Under the pieces are notes generated by a model, which saw nothing but the letters and a program-made list of their open reading frames with translations, was not told where the DNA came from and did not search any database. Source: an uncultured Flavobacteriaceae bacterium (lineage in GTDB: Bacteria; Bacteroidota; Bacteroidia; Flavobacteriales; Flavobacteriaceae). From it: a stretch of DNA of 47,376 nt. The number at the start of each line of letters is the position of its first letter. Position 1 is the first letter of the stretch. Where the stretch lies: NCBI GenBank assembly GCA_964536675.1, contig CAZHYX010000001.1, forward strand, positions 1 through 47,376, read 5' to 3'. Positions 8,648 to 18,637 of the stretch are shown here, one piece after another. The position numbers and the translations under genes were made by a program.

Positions 8648-9689
8648 AAGAATTGAAAGATTATCAAGGCTATTAAAATTAAAGAATAAGGTAAAAGTTA
8701 TTAGGTCATCAGGATTAAGGGAAAGAGGATCAGGGATAAAAGAAAGGTCATCAGGATTAAGGGAAAGAGGATCAGGATTAAGGGAAAGGTCATCAGGGAT
8801 AAAAGAAAGAGGAAATGAAAATAGTTTAAAAGCAAGTTTAAAAAGAAAAATTGCTATGCTTAAGAAAAAGTTTTTTAAAGAAAAAACTGACACCCCGGAA
8901 TTAGGTATAGGAATGAGGAAGAAGATAAATACACAGAGACGAGTTAAAAATAAAATTATTTCAAAAGAAAGAGGATCAGGATTAAGGGAAAGGTCATCAG
9001 GGATAAAAGAAAGAGGAAATGAAAATAGTTTAAAAGCAAGTTTAAAAAGAAAAATTGCTATGCTTAAGAAAAAGTTTTCTGTTCTTGATAATGCAGAAAA
9101 TGCTATGGATGAAACAGGGAAAGATTATTCATTACCAAGACCTAAAGTTCGGTTTATGGATAAAAATGATCTTGCAAAGGCAAAAGATAAGGCTCTTGCT
9201 CTCCTTCCAGAAACAATGTTGGTAGAAGCCAGAAATGGATATAAAAAAGCAATTTCTTTAATTTGGAAAAAGGTAAATAAGAATTTAGCAGGAGAGCATA
9301 TATTAAAATCTGCCTTGTTTGGATTAATGACAGAGATGAAAGTTTCAAGAAAAGTTGCTATTGGTATTATTGAAACTGCATTTGAAAGAACTGCAAATAC
9401 TTTTCTTGATTCAATTTTAAAAAGGGCAGATGAGATTGTAACATATGAACCTGAAGTGATTGCACAGATGGCTTTAGAGGAAGGTAATGCGGTTCTTATT
9501 ATTCCTGAAGGCTCTGATATAGATATAGATGTAAAAGAAGAGGAAGATGAAGATATAGATGTAAAAGAAGAGGAAAGTGAAGAAGTTTTTGATAGAGTAG
9601 TTGAAGGAAGTTTTAGAATTCCAAAGACGAATAAAGAAGGTTCTTTATTGAGTAGAGCTATTCCAACATATTATGGAATGAATAAATAG
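8637..9689 (+). CDS. Probable capsid scaffold protein (start ATG 8637)
   Basis: GGAGG 8 nt before ATG 8637; between protease and capsid genes; basic repeat N-terminal half, acidic C-terminal half. Confidence 0.6.
   Translation: MQNERIERLSRLLKLKNKVKVIRSSGLRERGSGIKERSSGLRERGSGLRERSSGIKERGNENSLKASLKRKIAMLKKKFFKEKTDTPELGIGMRKKINTQRRVKNKIISKERGSGLRERSSGIKERGNENSLKASLKRKIAMLKKKFSVLDNAENAMDETGKDYSLPRPKVRFMDKNDLAKAKDKALALLPETMLVEARNGYKKAISLIWKKVNKNLAGEHILKSALFGLMTEMKVSRKVAIGIIETAFERTANTFLDSILKRADEIVTYEPEVIAQMALEEGNAVLIIPEGSDIDIDVKEEEDEDIDVKEEESEEVFDRVVEGSFRIPKTNKEGSLLSRAIPTYYGMNK
8763..9078. repeat. 112-bp exact duplication (8763-8874 and 8967-9078) overlapping 21-bp SG(L/I)(R/K)ER(G/S) tandem units
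   Basis: ERGSGLRERSSGIKERGNENSLKASLKRKIAMLKKKF encoded twice. Confidence 0.9.
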
Positions 9690-9700
9690 GAGGAAAAATT

Positions 9701-10396
9701 ATGATAGATCTAAGTAGAACAGCGATAACAGTAGCATTAGGACATTGGGATGTATCAGATGTTGCTGTTTTTGAAGCTGGCACACCAGTTCAAATGAACA
9801 GTGATTCAGAGGTAGAAGTTTGCATTAATGGGGATAACTTTTTTGGTATAGCAAAATGGAATAAAACTGAAGTTCCTATAGTAGCTATTGTACAAGAGCC
9901 TATAATTACAGCAACAGCGTTTGCAGTTCCAGTACCATTGGCTAATGCAGGACTTATTGTAGGTTCTGAAAGGGTTGTAATTGCAGCAAATCCAACTGTT
10001 GCTCTTGTAAGGGATGCAGATTATTTTGTAAATTATATTAACGGTACGATAGCAGCAAGAGAAGGTATTACAGGAGCTCTTTCTGATTTAGGAGTAAATG
10101 TTCCAATATTGGTTTCTTACAGATATACTTTAACTCGTGCAGAACAAGTTGCAAGAGGAAGTAATTTTCAGAATCTTTTTGATGATACAGCAGGTAGTGG
10201 TAAAATAACTGTTATTCAGGATTATGCAGTTGTTTATACTGATCAGTATGACACATCAGTATCATATACACAGGGAGGTTCAATATTTGTTACTTCTGAT
10301 GGGTTATTTAGTTCAGTGGGTACAGGAGCAAAAGTTGGAATAGTTGTAGAATCGCCATCGGCGACCAATCCTCTATTAGGATTACAAATAGGATAG
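9701..10396 (+). CDS. Probable head decoration/cement protein
   Basis: Immediately upstream of the major capsid gene; beta-rich, DDTAGSGKITV and VGIVVESP segments. Confidence 0.6.
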   Translation: MIDLSRTAITVALGHWDVSDVAVFEAGTPVQMNSDSEVEVCINGDNFFGIAKWNKTEVPIVAIVQEPIITATAFAVPVPLANAGLIVGSERVVIAANPTVALVRDADYFVNYINGTIAAREGITGALSDLGVNVPILVSYRYTLTRAEQVARGSNFQNLFDDTAGSGKITVIQDYAVVYTDQYDTSVSYTQGGSIFVTSDGLFSSVGTGAKVGIVVESPSATNPLLGLQIG

Positions 10397-10410
10397 GAGG
10401 TATATAAATA

Positions 10411-11502
10411 ATGAATCCATATAAAGCAACAATAAGTCAGAAGTTGAAAACTCAATATCTGGATGACACTGGAAAAATCAATCCTAAAACTGGATTAAAA
10501 GGGGAAAGGAGATTTACCAGAAAAGGTACTTTGAATGCATGGGATAAAAAGGATGCTCTTACAGCTATTGCATCTGTATTAAATGATAAAAATATAGCTA
10601 AAGTAAAAACTGCAACCTATAGAAAAGAAGCAGAGTTAGCTCCTGATATAAGAAGGGATATTTTGCTTTCTGCATTAACTGATAGTACTGGTCAAGGGCT
10701 TGCTAAGCTTGGGCAGGAATTACTTGCTCCTATTAAACATGTAATTGATTATGAAGGGTGGGCAAGAAAAATTCTAAGAATTAGAGAACTACAGCAGGGT
10801 GAAGTTCATAGGATTGCAAAAGACACAAGGGTTGTAGCTTTTATAGTTGGTCAGGATGGACAGAGTGTAGTTTCACAAGCTATAGGGCAATATGTTTTTC
10901 CACCAGAGTTTAAAATTACTGCATTTCCTGAAGTGGATATTCAGGATATTTATCAAATGAATTTTGATGTATTGGAAAGACAGCAGGATCTTGCAAAGCA
11001 GATGATAATGCTAAGAGAAGATAGTGCACTTATTTCTATATTAGATGCTTCAGCTCAAACAATGAATGATTTAGTTTATTTTTCTACATTTAACATTGGA
11101 GCATTTGAAGATATTAAGTATCAGGTTGAACAGCATAGATTGATTGTGGATAAATTTCTAATCAATAGACAGGAAGTATCCAGTTTAATCAAAAATATGC
11201 ATCAATTTGTAGATCCAGTAACACAGAGGGAATTAATTCTTATGGGTTATATTGGAACTATACTTAATAGCCAAATCATCACTACAGCAGGAACTGGTAC
11301 ACAGGAAGTTATTCCTCCTGGTAATGTTTATGCAGTAACAGAAGGTAATTTTTTAGGTGAAATGGGAATAAGATTAGATTTATTGAGTGAGCCTTTTACT
11401 AAATTTAATCAGGCTGAAACCAAGAAAGGTTGGATGTTCATGGAGTTAATAGGGCAATCGGTTGTTAATCCTCGTGCGGTTAGCAAAGGGATACAGGTAT
11501 AA
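10411..11502 (+). CDS. Major capsid protein (HK97 fold)
   Basis: 363 aa, strong GGAGG RBS, IDYEGWARKIL, FPPEFKI, terminal VVNPRAV; followed by a hairpin. Confidence 0.85.
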   Translation: MNPYKATISQKLKTQYLDDTGKINPKTGLKGERRFTRKGTLNAWDKKDALTAIASVLNDKNIAKVKTATYRKEAELAPDIRRDILLSALTDSTGQGLAKLGQELLAPIKHVIDYEGWARKILRIRELQQGEVHRIAKDTRVVAFIVGQDGQSVVSQAIGQYVFPPEFKITAFPEVDIQDIYQMNFDVLERQQDLAKQMIMLREDSALISILDASAQTMNDLVYFSTFNIGAFEDIKYQVEQHRLIVDKFLINRQEVSSLIKNMHQFVDPVTQRELILMGYIGTILNSQIITTAGTGTQEVIPPGNVYAVTEGNFLGEMGIRLDLLSEPFTKFNQAETKKGWMFMELIGQSVVNPRAVSKGIQV

Positions 11503-11513
11503 GAAAATTAAAT

Positions 11514-11554
11514 ATCTAATGGTTATATAAATTTATTTTATATAGCCATTAGAT
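11514..11554 (+). terminator. 18-bp hairpin after the major capsid gene (terminator or mRNA-stabilising stem)
   Basis: ATCTAATGGTTATATAAA / TTTATATAGCCATTAGAT with one G-U pair, 5-nt loop, no clear U-tract. Confidence 0.6.
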
Positions 11555-11573
11555 TAATTGGAGGGTCAATAAG

Positions 11574-12131
11574 ATGAATACTGTTCAAGAATATTTTAAC
11601 AAAGAAAAAGAAATTTATGTTTATAACGCTACCAATCCATTAGGAATTATATCTATTGCGTTTGGAGAGCAGATGGACAAACATTTTACTATTCCAAAAA
11701 CTACTAAGCCTATTTGTATTACTGATAGAGTACCTAAGAAGTTTATTGAAGAGTCTCAATCTTTTAGGAATCTTGTTGCAAGTGGAAAAGTATCTTTGAT
11801 AACAAAGGTAGAATATGAAAAAGTAATGCAAGCTCCAGGAGTGAAAGAAATTGTAGAAAAACAGATACAAGATTTGGAAAGAAAAACTGTAGAAGTACAA
11901 GAAAAAATTGTATCTGAAGTAAATCCAAGAATTCTACAATTAGTTCATATTATGAGTTTACCAGAAGGTTCTGATCAGGAAGGTACAAAGCCTTCTGTTG
12001 CAGCAGTAATTGAAGAGTTAGGAACATTGAATTTATCAGAAAGTGATTGTGGATTTTTGATGAGTAATTCTACTGGTAAAATAAAGAAATGGGCTACAAA
12101 ATATTTTCAAGAAAAATTTAAAGAGGAATAA
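11574..12131 (+). CDS. Hypothetical head-associated protein
   Basis: GGAGGG RBS; position after the major capsid gene. Confidence 0.65.
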   Translation: MNTVQEYFNKEKEIYVYNATNPLGIISIAFGEQMDKHFTIPKTTKPICITDRVPKKFIEESQSFRNLVASGKVSLITKVEYEKVMQAPGVKEIVEKQIQDLERKTVEVQEKIVSEVNPRILQLVHIMSLPEGSDQEGTKPSVAAVIEELGTLNLSESDCGFLMSNSTGKIKKWATKYFQEKFKEE

Positions 12132-12514
12132 TGAGAACAACAAAAATAGAAACTTGTCCTCAAAATAGTACAATAACAATAGAAGATGGTGTACAAAGAG
12201 TAGATTTTTTTAATCTTCAAATGTTAGTTACTCCTAATGTTGTATTTACTGGTTCAGTTGAATTTTTTATTGGGCAGACAATGGTAAAATCTATACTTTA
12301 TGTTAATGAGAATAAAGTTGCTGCTCATTTTGTTAGTGGTTCTGATACACATGGTTCTATGTTTCCAGCAAATGTAGATAATTCATTCAATAGGGATACA
12401 GGTGGAGGTGGTTCTGAATTTAAAGCAAGTATTAAAATTACAGAAACAGGTAATTTAACATCTGTACAATGCAAAGTTCACTTTTTACGTAGATTAATTA
12501 GTACAAGAATATGA
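12131..12514 (+). CDS. Hypothetical structural protein
   Basis: TAATG coupling with the upstream gene. Confidence 0.6.
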   Translation: MRTTKIETCPQNSTITIEDGVQRVDFFNLQMLVTPNVVFTGSVEFFIGQTMVKSILYVNENKVAAHFVSGSDTHGSMFPANVDNSFNRDTGGGGSEFKASIKITETGNLTSVQCKVHFLRRLISTRI

Positions 12515-12527
12515 GGTAATAAAAGTT

Positions 12528-13328
12528 ATGAACGTAGGATCACCTAAGTTTATTGTTTCAGGACAAACTCAAGCACCTGCTATTTATACAGGTTTTATTG
12601 GTCAAGATTTAATTCTCAGTGTTTTGGCTGATGGTACTCCTAATATTATGTCGGTGAATGTTTGGAATGGAAGAACAGGACTTGATTTAGGACAGAGTGA
12701 AAGTATTTTCATGAATAATAAGTGGTCAATTATTATTAATCCTAAAACTCTTGACTCTTTGGTTGTGAGGTGGAAGGATTCAAATAATGATGTAGGTTAT
12801 CAAATGGTTACTGTTTTAGATGCAAGAGTAACTTATTTGATAATGCAATTGAGGATATTTTTAGACAAATCAATTAAAACTTTATCTAATACGTGGGCAT
12901 TTACAGATGCTGATTTATTTATTTACTTAACTAACGCTTTACTCTATTACAATTCTATTTCTCCTGTTACAGGATTATATTTAATGACAATGCCTCCTGA
13001 AATTGATCATTTTATTATTGAGCTTGCCACTGTCTATGGAATGCAAGCTCAGATGATTTATTCAGTTGATACTGATGTGAATTATAATGATCAAGGTATG
13101 TCATTGAATATTGATCATTTTGGTAAATTGAATACTCTATACAGCCAAATAATAACAAGGGTAGAAATGCTGATAAGAAGATATAAATTCAACTATAAAA
13201 CTACTAAATCTGTAATGTCATTTAACCCAGAACGTAGTAGAGGTTGGATTTGGAGTCAAAGGTTATCAGCAGGATTTCCGTTTTTTTCTCTTGGAGGGTT
13301 AGGAACTAATATTTTTAGAGGTGGTTAA
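12528..13328 (+). CDS. Probable head-tail adaptor (neck protein)
   Basis: Position; LRIFLDK...FTDADL and YNDQGMSL segments resembling gp15/gp6-type adaptors. Confidence 0.55.
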   Translation: MNVGSPKFIVSGQTQAPAIYTGFIGQDLILSVLADGTPNIMSVNVWNGRTGLDLGQSESIFMNNKWSIIINPKTLDSLVVRWKDSNNDVGYQMVTVLDARVTYLIMQLRIFLDKSIKTLSNTWAFTDADLFIYLTNALLYYNSISPVTGLYLMTMPPEIDHFIIELATVYGMQAQMIYSVDTDVNYNDQGMSLNIDHFGKLNTLYSQIITRVEMLIRRYKFNYKTTKSVMSFNPERSRGWIWSQRLSAGFPFFSLGGLGTNIFRGG

Positions 13329-13329
13329 A

Positions 13330-14169
13330 ATGTCTTTCTGGACTGGTAGAAAAGAAGATGGTGGTATTTCAAGAGCAAGGGATAAAATGTTATCTTTTGG
13401 TGCAAGAGAAAGAATATTAGATCTTCAAGATGAATTGTTAACTGCTGGTGGTAAAAAAGTATTTTTATGGTTACGCCGTTGGACAGGTGAATTTTGTGTT
13501 TGTAATAAACAAGGGCAAGTTATTTCACCTCATAGTATTTGTTGGGGAACAGGGTTAGTTGGTGGGTATAGAAAGTATGGATTTATAGATTGGATTATCT
13601 ATAAAAAAACAGACTTAAAATATGGAGTAATTACTCCTATACTTGATTATGAAGTATCAATGGTAAATAATCAAGTAACTACAAATTGGATTAATGGAAC
13701 AGGTTTTATTGGGGATGTTACAAAAAATGTTTTAAGAAGAGATATACAAGTACAGTATACAGTGGACGATTTAATATGGAGTGATAATTTGACTTTACCA
13801 CAAACTCAATTTAAAATTAGAATTAATATTAATGATGATTTTGAGATTATAAGAGTAAGAGGTGCTAAAATTAATCATAAGGATTATATATTAATGTCTG
13901 AAGTTCCTCCACGAAGATTAATGGAATTACAACCAAGTGGTTTAAAAGATTTGGTAGCGGATATAAGAGGTTGGACTCTTAGTAGTCCATATCTTTCTAC
14001 TGGAGATGTTATAGAGTGGAGAGAGGGTTCTTGGAAGAATAAAAGGTATACAATAGTAGATAGAAAAGTTTCTCAATTGAAGATAAATGAAAATGAATCC
14101 TCTACTGTATCCCAAATATTAGGAATGAGACAACTGGAACAATTTCATCAAATTGGAAGGATTTGGTAA
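13330..14169 (+). CDS. Probable head-closure/neck protein
   Basis: GAGGTGG RBS before ATG 13330; CVC...CWGTGLVGGY motif; neck position. Confidence 0.5.
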   Translation: MSFWTGRKEDGGISRARDKMLSFGARERILDLQDELLTAGGKKVFLWLRRWTGEFCVCNKQGQVISPHSICWGTGLVGGYRKYGFIDWIIYKKTDLKYGVITPILDYEVSMVNNQVTTNWINGTGFIGDVTKNVLRRDIQVQYTVDDLIWSDNLTLPQTQFKIRININDDFEIIRVRGAKINHKDYILMSEVPPRRLMELQPSGLKDLVADIRGWTLSSPYLSTGDVIEWREGSWKNKRYTIVDRKVSQLKINENESSTVSQILGMRQLEQFHQIGRIW

Positions 14170-14171
14170 TT

Positions 14172-15038
14172 ATGTTTAATTCATTAGTAGATAGAGCAAA
14201 AGATATAATAACTGATAGTATCAAAAGTTTTTTTGATATTCATTCAGTTACAATATCTACTTATGCTTCTGATTATCAAAAAATGGTTCAAGATAATATT
14301 TTAGGTGTAACAAGGCAGTATACGAAATTACAAAAAAAATTACCTTTTATTGTAATAAGTACAGTTACAGGAGGAGAAAATATTGTAGGATTTGGTAGAG
14401 GTAGAATTAGGGTAGAGAATGAAACCTTAATTAATTCCAGTATAGAGCCATTTAACGTAGGGCATAGATGGGAAATTATAATAAGAGCAGATAAAGATAT
14501 TTATACTTTTGATACATTTGGAGCATTGTATATAAATCCAAATGTTGTTACTGCTCAAGAAATAGTTAATATTTTGAAACATCAGATGCCTAAAGGTTGG
14601 TGGGTAAAGGTGATTAATGGTACTGTACAATTTCAAATTGATACTAAAGAAGTAGAAGTGATATCTTCTACAGGACAATTGGGATTCCCTATAGGGAAAC
14701 AATTGGGTAAAGATTATAGATTAGTTACAGCTGTTTCAGAGAATCTTTCATTTTCTATAGATGTGGGGGCAGAAAGTGAAATAGTGAGAACACAGATAAC
14801 AGATTTATTAATGTTTTGGGGTGAATGGTTACGTTTGAATTATTTGAGTGTTGGAGATAGTGTTGATCTTTCTCTTGCAGGTGCAATTAAAAGGGGAACA
14901 GAATCAGTACAAAGTTTTACTGGAGGGGATGTATATCTTCATCTTTATTTAAATAGAGTGGAAGTACCAATGATGCTATATGCATACGAGAATGAAACGA
15001 TATTAATGCCTGTTACAACTATAGAGGCAATACAATGA
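14172..15038 (+). CDS. Probable tail completion/terminator protein
   Basis: Directly upstream of the sheath gene; KLPFIVIS segment. Confidence 0.5.
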   Translation: MFNSLVDRAKDIITDSIKSFFDIHSVTISTYASDYQKMVQDNILGVTRQYTKLQKKLPFIVISTVTGGENIVGFGRGRIRVENETLINSSIEPFNVGHRWEIIIRADKDIYTFDTFGALYINPNVVTAQEIVNILKHQMPKGWWVKVINGTVQFQIDTKEVEVISSTGQLGFPIGKQLGKDYRLVTAVSENLSFSIDVGAESEIVRTQITDLLMFWGEWLRLNYLSVGDSVDLSLAGAIKRGTESVQSFTGGDVYLHLYLNRVEVPMMLYAYENETILMPVTTIEAIQ

Positions 15039-15051
15039 GGAGGAAAAAAGT

Positions 15052-17019
15052 ATGGCTTATATAAGTCCTGGGGTATACATAAAAGAAAAACAAATTGGTG
15101 GTCAAGCAGTAGGAACTGGATTAATTATTCCTTGTGTTATAGGAAAAGGAATAAAAATCAAAAGGCATTGGGATAAACTTATAACCAGAGGGCAGGTGAA
15201 CGAGGAGATTATAGTTCCTGATGTAAATGGTATAGTTTCACTTGTATTTAATTCTAATGAAAGGAGGAGTACTTCAAGATTAAAAAAAGGAACACAATCT
15301 TTACCAAGTAATTCTTATTCTTTTGTTTCAAATAATCAAATTATAATTGATCTTGCTTATAGGGATATTAATGCAAATTGGACATTCACTTACATAGCTA
15401 CTAATAAGGATGTAGATATTATTGGAGAAATAGACAAACTTTTATATGTAAGCAAATCTCCAGGTGGAATTACACAGTTCATATTAGGGGAAGATTTTAA
15501 CACTGTTGTTAATGGCATTGATTGGTCAATACCTACTCCTGCTACAGCGATAGGAACTAATATAGGTAATTTTGATTTGTCGGTTAATAATAATATTAAA
15601 ATTTCTATAGATGGTAAAGCTCCACAAGAAATAAACGTAGCAGGAATTATAAACACTGCTACTACACCTATAGAAATAGCAGATGCTATAAATATAGTGT
15701 TAAATACAGTGTATGGGACATCTTATGGAGGAGTTGCTGCGGTTATAGATAATAAAGTTAAACTCACTAGTGTCCAACAAGGAATCAGTGGCACTATAAA
15801 TTTTTATATTCCTACAACTTCTGATGCAACTAATATTATATTTGGGATAAATCCACCTGCATACTATAGTGGACAAGGAAGGGTATTAGCTGTAGGTGAA
15901 ACTTATTTTGTTCGTTATGACACTATAAGACCTGATATTGATTACGATAATGTATCTTTATTTTTTCAATTTTCAGACGCAATGAATCAATTAGGGCCAA
16001 TGACTATAGATAATGAATTACTCATTGCAGTGGAAATGGCATTTAGAAATGGAGCACATATGGTTTGTTCTATACAAGTTAATGATATAGATAAAGATGG
16101 GTTATTTATGGACTTAGATTGGATGAGAGCTCTTGATACAGTTAAAGATAGTAGTATTATAACTGAGTTGGTTCTACTTAATGATAAGAATAGTATTATT
16201 GCTCATGCTATTAATATTATTTCAAGTGGTACCGTTAATAACCATTGGATGGCGGGTTATTTTGGAGCTAAAACAGGAACCATGATAGGTGATCCTGATA
16301 CCATAGAAACAATTGTTTATAAATCTACTCAGGTTGCTCAGGTACAAGGAGAAGATCCTGCGAGAGGAAGATTTTTATTTATGGGAGTACCTGATTTTAA
16401 ATATCAAGTATTTCTTACTGATTCTAATGAAATTATTGAATTGAATCTAAATGGATATATGTTAGGTGCTGCTGTGGCAGGATATCAAGCAGGAATAGAG
16501 TTAGTTAGTGATTCAATGTTAAGGGCACGGTTAACTGGTATTACTCCAAGTTCAATTTTAACAACATTAACAGAAGCAAGATTTATGGCAAGCTTTGGAG
16601 TTTTTGTTGTTACAAATGTAGGAGGGAAAGTAACAATATTTGATCCAGTTACTACGGATCAAGGTGGTGATCCAATATTTATAGAACCTAACATTAGACT
16701 TCAAAAGGATCATTTAGCAAAAAGAATAAAAAATAGATTAGAATTACATGCTATAGGTGCTGTACCTGATGATCCAGATGATTTTATTAATGAAATAAAA
16801 ACTCAAATTGGATTAGAAATAGAGGTAGCTATTGTAGATAGAATAATTGATCCATTTAGGGATGTTGATGGTAGGGTAAGAGAAATTAATTTTAATACTG
16901 ATGTTACGGTTTATCAGAGCCAGATTAAGAAAACAGAATATAGATTTAGGTATTGGTTCCAGGCTAAGTGGGTTGTAAAACGTATTTTTGGAGAATACAT
17001 AGTAGATTCATCTATATAA
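15052..17019 (+). CDS. Contractile tail sheath protein
   Basis: N-terminal MAYISPGVYIKE typical of sheaths; 655 aa; C-terminal VKRIFGEY. Confidence 0.88.
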   Translation: MAYISPGVYIKEKQIGGQAVGTGLIIPCVIGKGIKIKRHWDKLITRGQVNEEIIVPDVNGIVSLVFNSNERRSTSRLKKGTQSLPSNSYSFVSNNQIIIDLAYRDINANWTFTYIATNKDVDIIGEIDKLLYVSKSPGGITQFILGEDFNTVVNGIDWSIPTPATAIGTNIGNFDLSVNNNIKISIDGKAPQEINVAGIINTATTPIEIADAINIVLNTVYGTSYGGVAAVIDNKVKLTSVQQGISGTINFYIPTTSDATNIIFGINPPAYYSGQGRVLAVGETYFVRYDTIRPDIDYDNVSLFFQFSDAMNQLGPMTIDNELLIAVEMAFRNGAHMVCSIQVNDIDKDGLFMDLDWMRALDTVKDSSIITELVLLNDKNSIIAHAINIISSGTVNNHWMAGYFGAKTGTMIGDPDTIETIVYKSTQVAQVQGEDPARGRFLFMGVPDFKYQVFLTDSNEIIELNLNGYMLGAAVAGYQAGIELVSDSMLRARLTGITPSSILTTLTEARFMASFGVFVVTNVGGKVTIFDPVTTDQGGDPIFIEPNIRLQKDHLAKRIKNRLELHAIGAVPDDPDDFINEIKTQIGLEIEVAIVDRIIDPFRDVDGRVREINFNTDVTVYQSQIKKTEYRFRYWFQAKWVVKRIFGEYIVDSSI

Positions 17020-17030
17020 AAGGGGGATTT

Positions 17031-17450
17031 ATGATGGTAGAAATGGAAGAAGCAGCAATTGATAAAAACACTGGTGAAGATTGGACATTACGTTTGCTCA
17101 AGGGTGCAGGAGTTTTAAAAAGTTGGCAAGGAGATTGGGCTGACCTTGAAGAAGTAATAATAGAAAATCCAGATAAAATAATTTATTCATTTGGTAAATT
17201 TTATGGTTTACCTGAATTAGTTGAGTGGTGGGATACATATATTATTAATATGGATATAATTGATGAGGCTCAAGGGGAACTTGAAGAAGTGCTTAATGAA
17301 AAAGATTATGAGTTATTTTATGAATTTAAACAAGAAGAAGTTAATGCAATGGGAACAGATTATGCAACACATGTGCATGAGAGACTTAATGTTATTGAAC
17401 AGTGGGCATATGAATTTGATGTAGATTTACCCGAAATGAATTTTAAGTAG
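17031..17450 (+). CDS. Acidic hypothetical protein inserted between sheath and tube genes
   Basis: AGGGGG RBS before ATG 17031; very D/E-rich. Confidence 0.7.
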   Translation: MMVEMEEAAIDKNTGEDWTLRLLKGAGVLKSWQGDWADLEEVIIENPDKIIYSFGKFYGLPELVEWWDTYIINMDIIDEAQGELEEVLNEKDYELFYEFKQEEVNAMGTDYATHVHERLNVIEQWAYEFDVDLPEMNFK

Positions 17451-17462
17451 GAGGTTAAAATT

Positions 17463-17906
17463 ATGGCAATGCCAAATACAAAAAGTCGTACATCACATGG
17501 ATTAGCAATAAGAGTAAATGGAATTACAGTTGGCTTGATTCAAAGTTGGAATTATGGATTAACAAGAGATGTAACTCCAGTATATGAATTAAACCCATTA
17601 ACATCTGGACGACCAGTGGATAATGTTCCTGGAAATGTAAAAGGTTTAACGATTGATGTTTCAAGGGTAGATTTATATAATAAAACAATGGAAGAAGCGT
17701 TTGGAACTACTGACCTTGTAATGCTCTCAAATCAATCAAATCCATTTGAAGTTCATGAAGTTTGGATAAATCCTGATGGTTCTACAGAACGTTTTATTTA
17801 TATTGGATGTTGGTTTTCAAGAATACAGAGAAGAGTTGATGTAACAGGTAATAGAATAGTTATAGCTGAGGGTTCCTTAGTATATCAAGATAGAAAGAGA
17901 GGTTGA
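17463..17906 (+). CDS. Tail tube protein
   Basis: 147 aa near the sheath gene; VGLIQSWN...VTPVYEL and YIGCWF tube-like motifs. Confidence 0.82.
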   Translation: MAMPNTKSRTSHGLAIRVNGITVGLIQSWNYGLTRDVTPVYELNPLTSGRPVDNVPGNVKGLTIDVSRVDLYNKTMEEAFGTTDLVMLSNQSNPFEVHEVWINPDGSTERFIYIGCWFSRIQRRVDVTGNRIVIAEGSLVYQDRKRG

Positions 17907-17910
17907 AACA

Positions 17911-18633
17911 ATGGCTGAAATATCTCATTCAATTATAGTTGAGCTTGTTAAAGATTTACAACATTTAACAGATAGAGAAGTCTCTGACACTCTTTTGAAC
18001 ATGGTTGATATGAATGTGATTTATGATGAAGAGATGGAAGAAATAATATCTGAAATTCAAAAAGCTAAAGAAAAACCACCAAAGATGGAAGAGAAAACTG
18101 ATGAAATTATTGAAGAACTTGTTACTGAGGCTGATGAAATTATTGAAGATATGGCAGAGGAAATAGAGGAACCAGTAAAGATTAGTAAGATAATTGAAAA
18201 AAATAATAAATGGTATGTAGAAAGTGAAAAAGGAAAAAACTTAGGTGGAGGTTATAAAACAAAAGAGGAGGCAAAGGCAAGACTTAAACAAGTTGAGTAT
18301 TTTAAACAAGCAGATATTTATCTTGACAAAGCTGAAAAGTTACTTAAAAAGAGTGAATGGGATGATGATTGGTATTCAGACATGGTGATAGATGGTAATA
18401 ATGTGTCATTAGGAGTTGGAGATACAGTTTCACTTACTACAGATATAGAAGGTGATATAAGAGGAGAAATTGAAGAGATTGAAATTGTAGGAGATTTTGT
18501 TATAGAAACTTTTGATCAACCTGGTGAAGAACCTTATGCTATCATTACAGTGAAATGGCCAGATGAAAAAGAGGGGCCAGTTAGAGAAGAATTTAATGAT
18601 TCAATAGATTTAATATTGTGGGAAGATGATTAA
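17911..18633 (+). CDS. Acidic modular protein containing the ankyrin-leader motif internally
   Basis: KQADIYLDKAEKLL at 18304-18345, preceded by a small basic module KWYVESEKGKNLGGGY...RLKQVEYF. Confidence 0.75.
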   Translation: MAEISHSIIVELVKDLQHLTDREVSDTLLNMVDMNVIYDEEMEEIISEIQKAKEKPPKMEEKTDEIIEELVTEADEIIEDMAEEIEEPVKISKIIEKNNKWYVESEKGKNLGGGYKTKEEAKARLKQVEYFKQADIYLDKAEKLLKKSEWDDDWYSDMVIDGNNVSLGVGDTVSLTTDIEGDIRGEIEEIEIVGDFVIETFDQPGEEPYAIITVKWPDEKEGPVREEFNDSIDLILWEDD

Positions 18634-18637
18634 TTAT

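Noticed and set aside
8705-9078. 21-bp repeats as a CRISPR array
   Set aside because: No unique spacers; the repeats are in-frame coding units
10401-10410. T4-type late promoter TATAAATA
   Set aside because: It is the RBS-to-ATG spacer of the capsid gene and I did not see it consistently before other late genes
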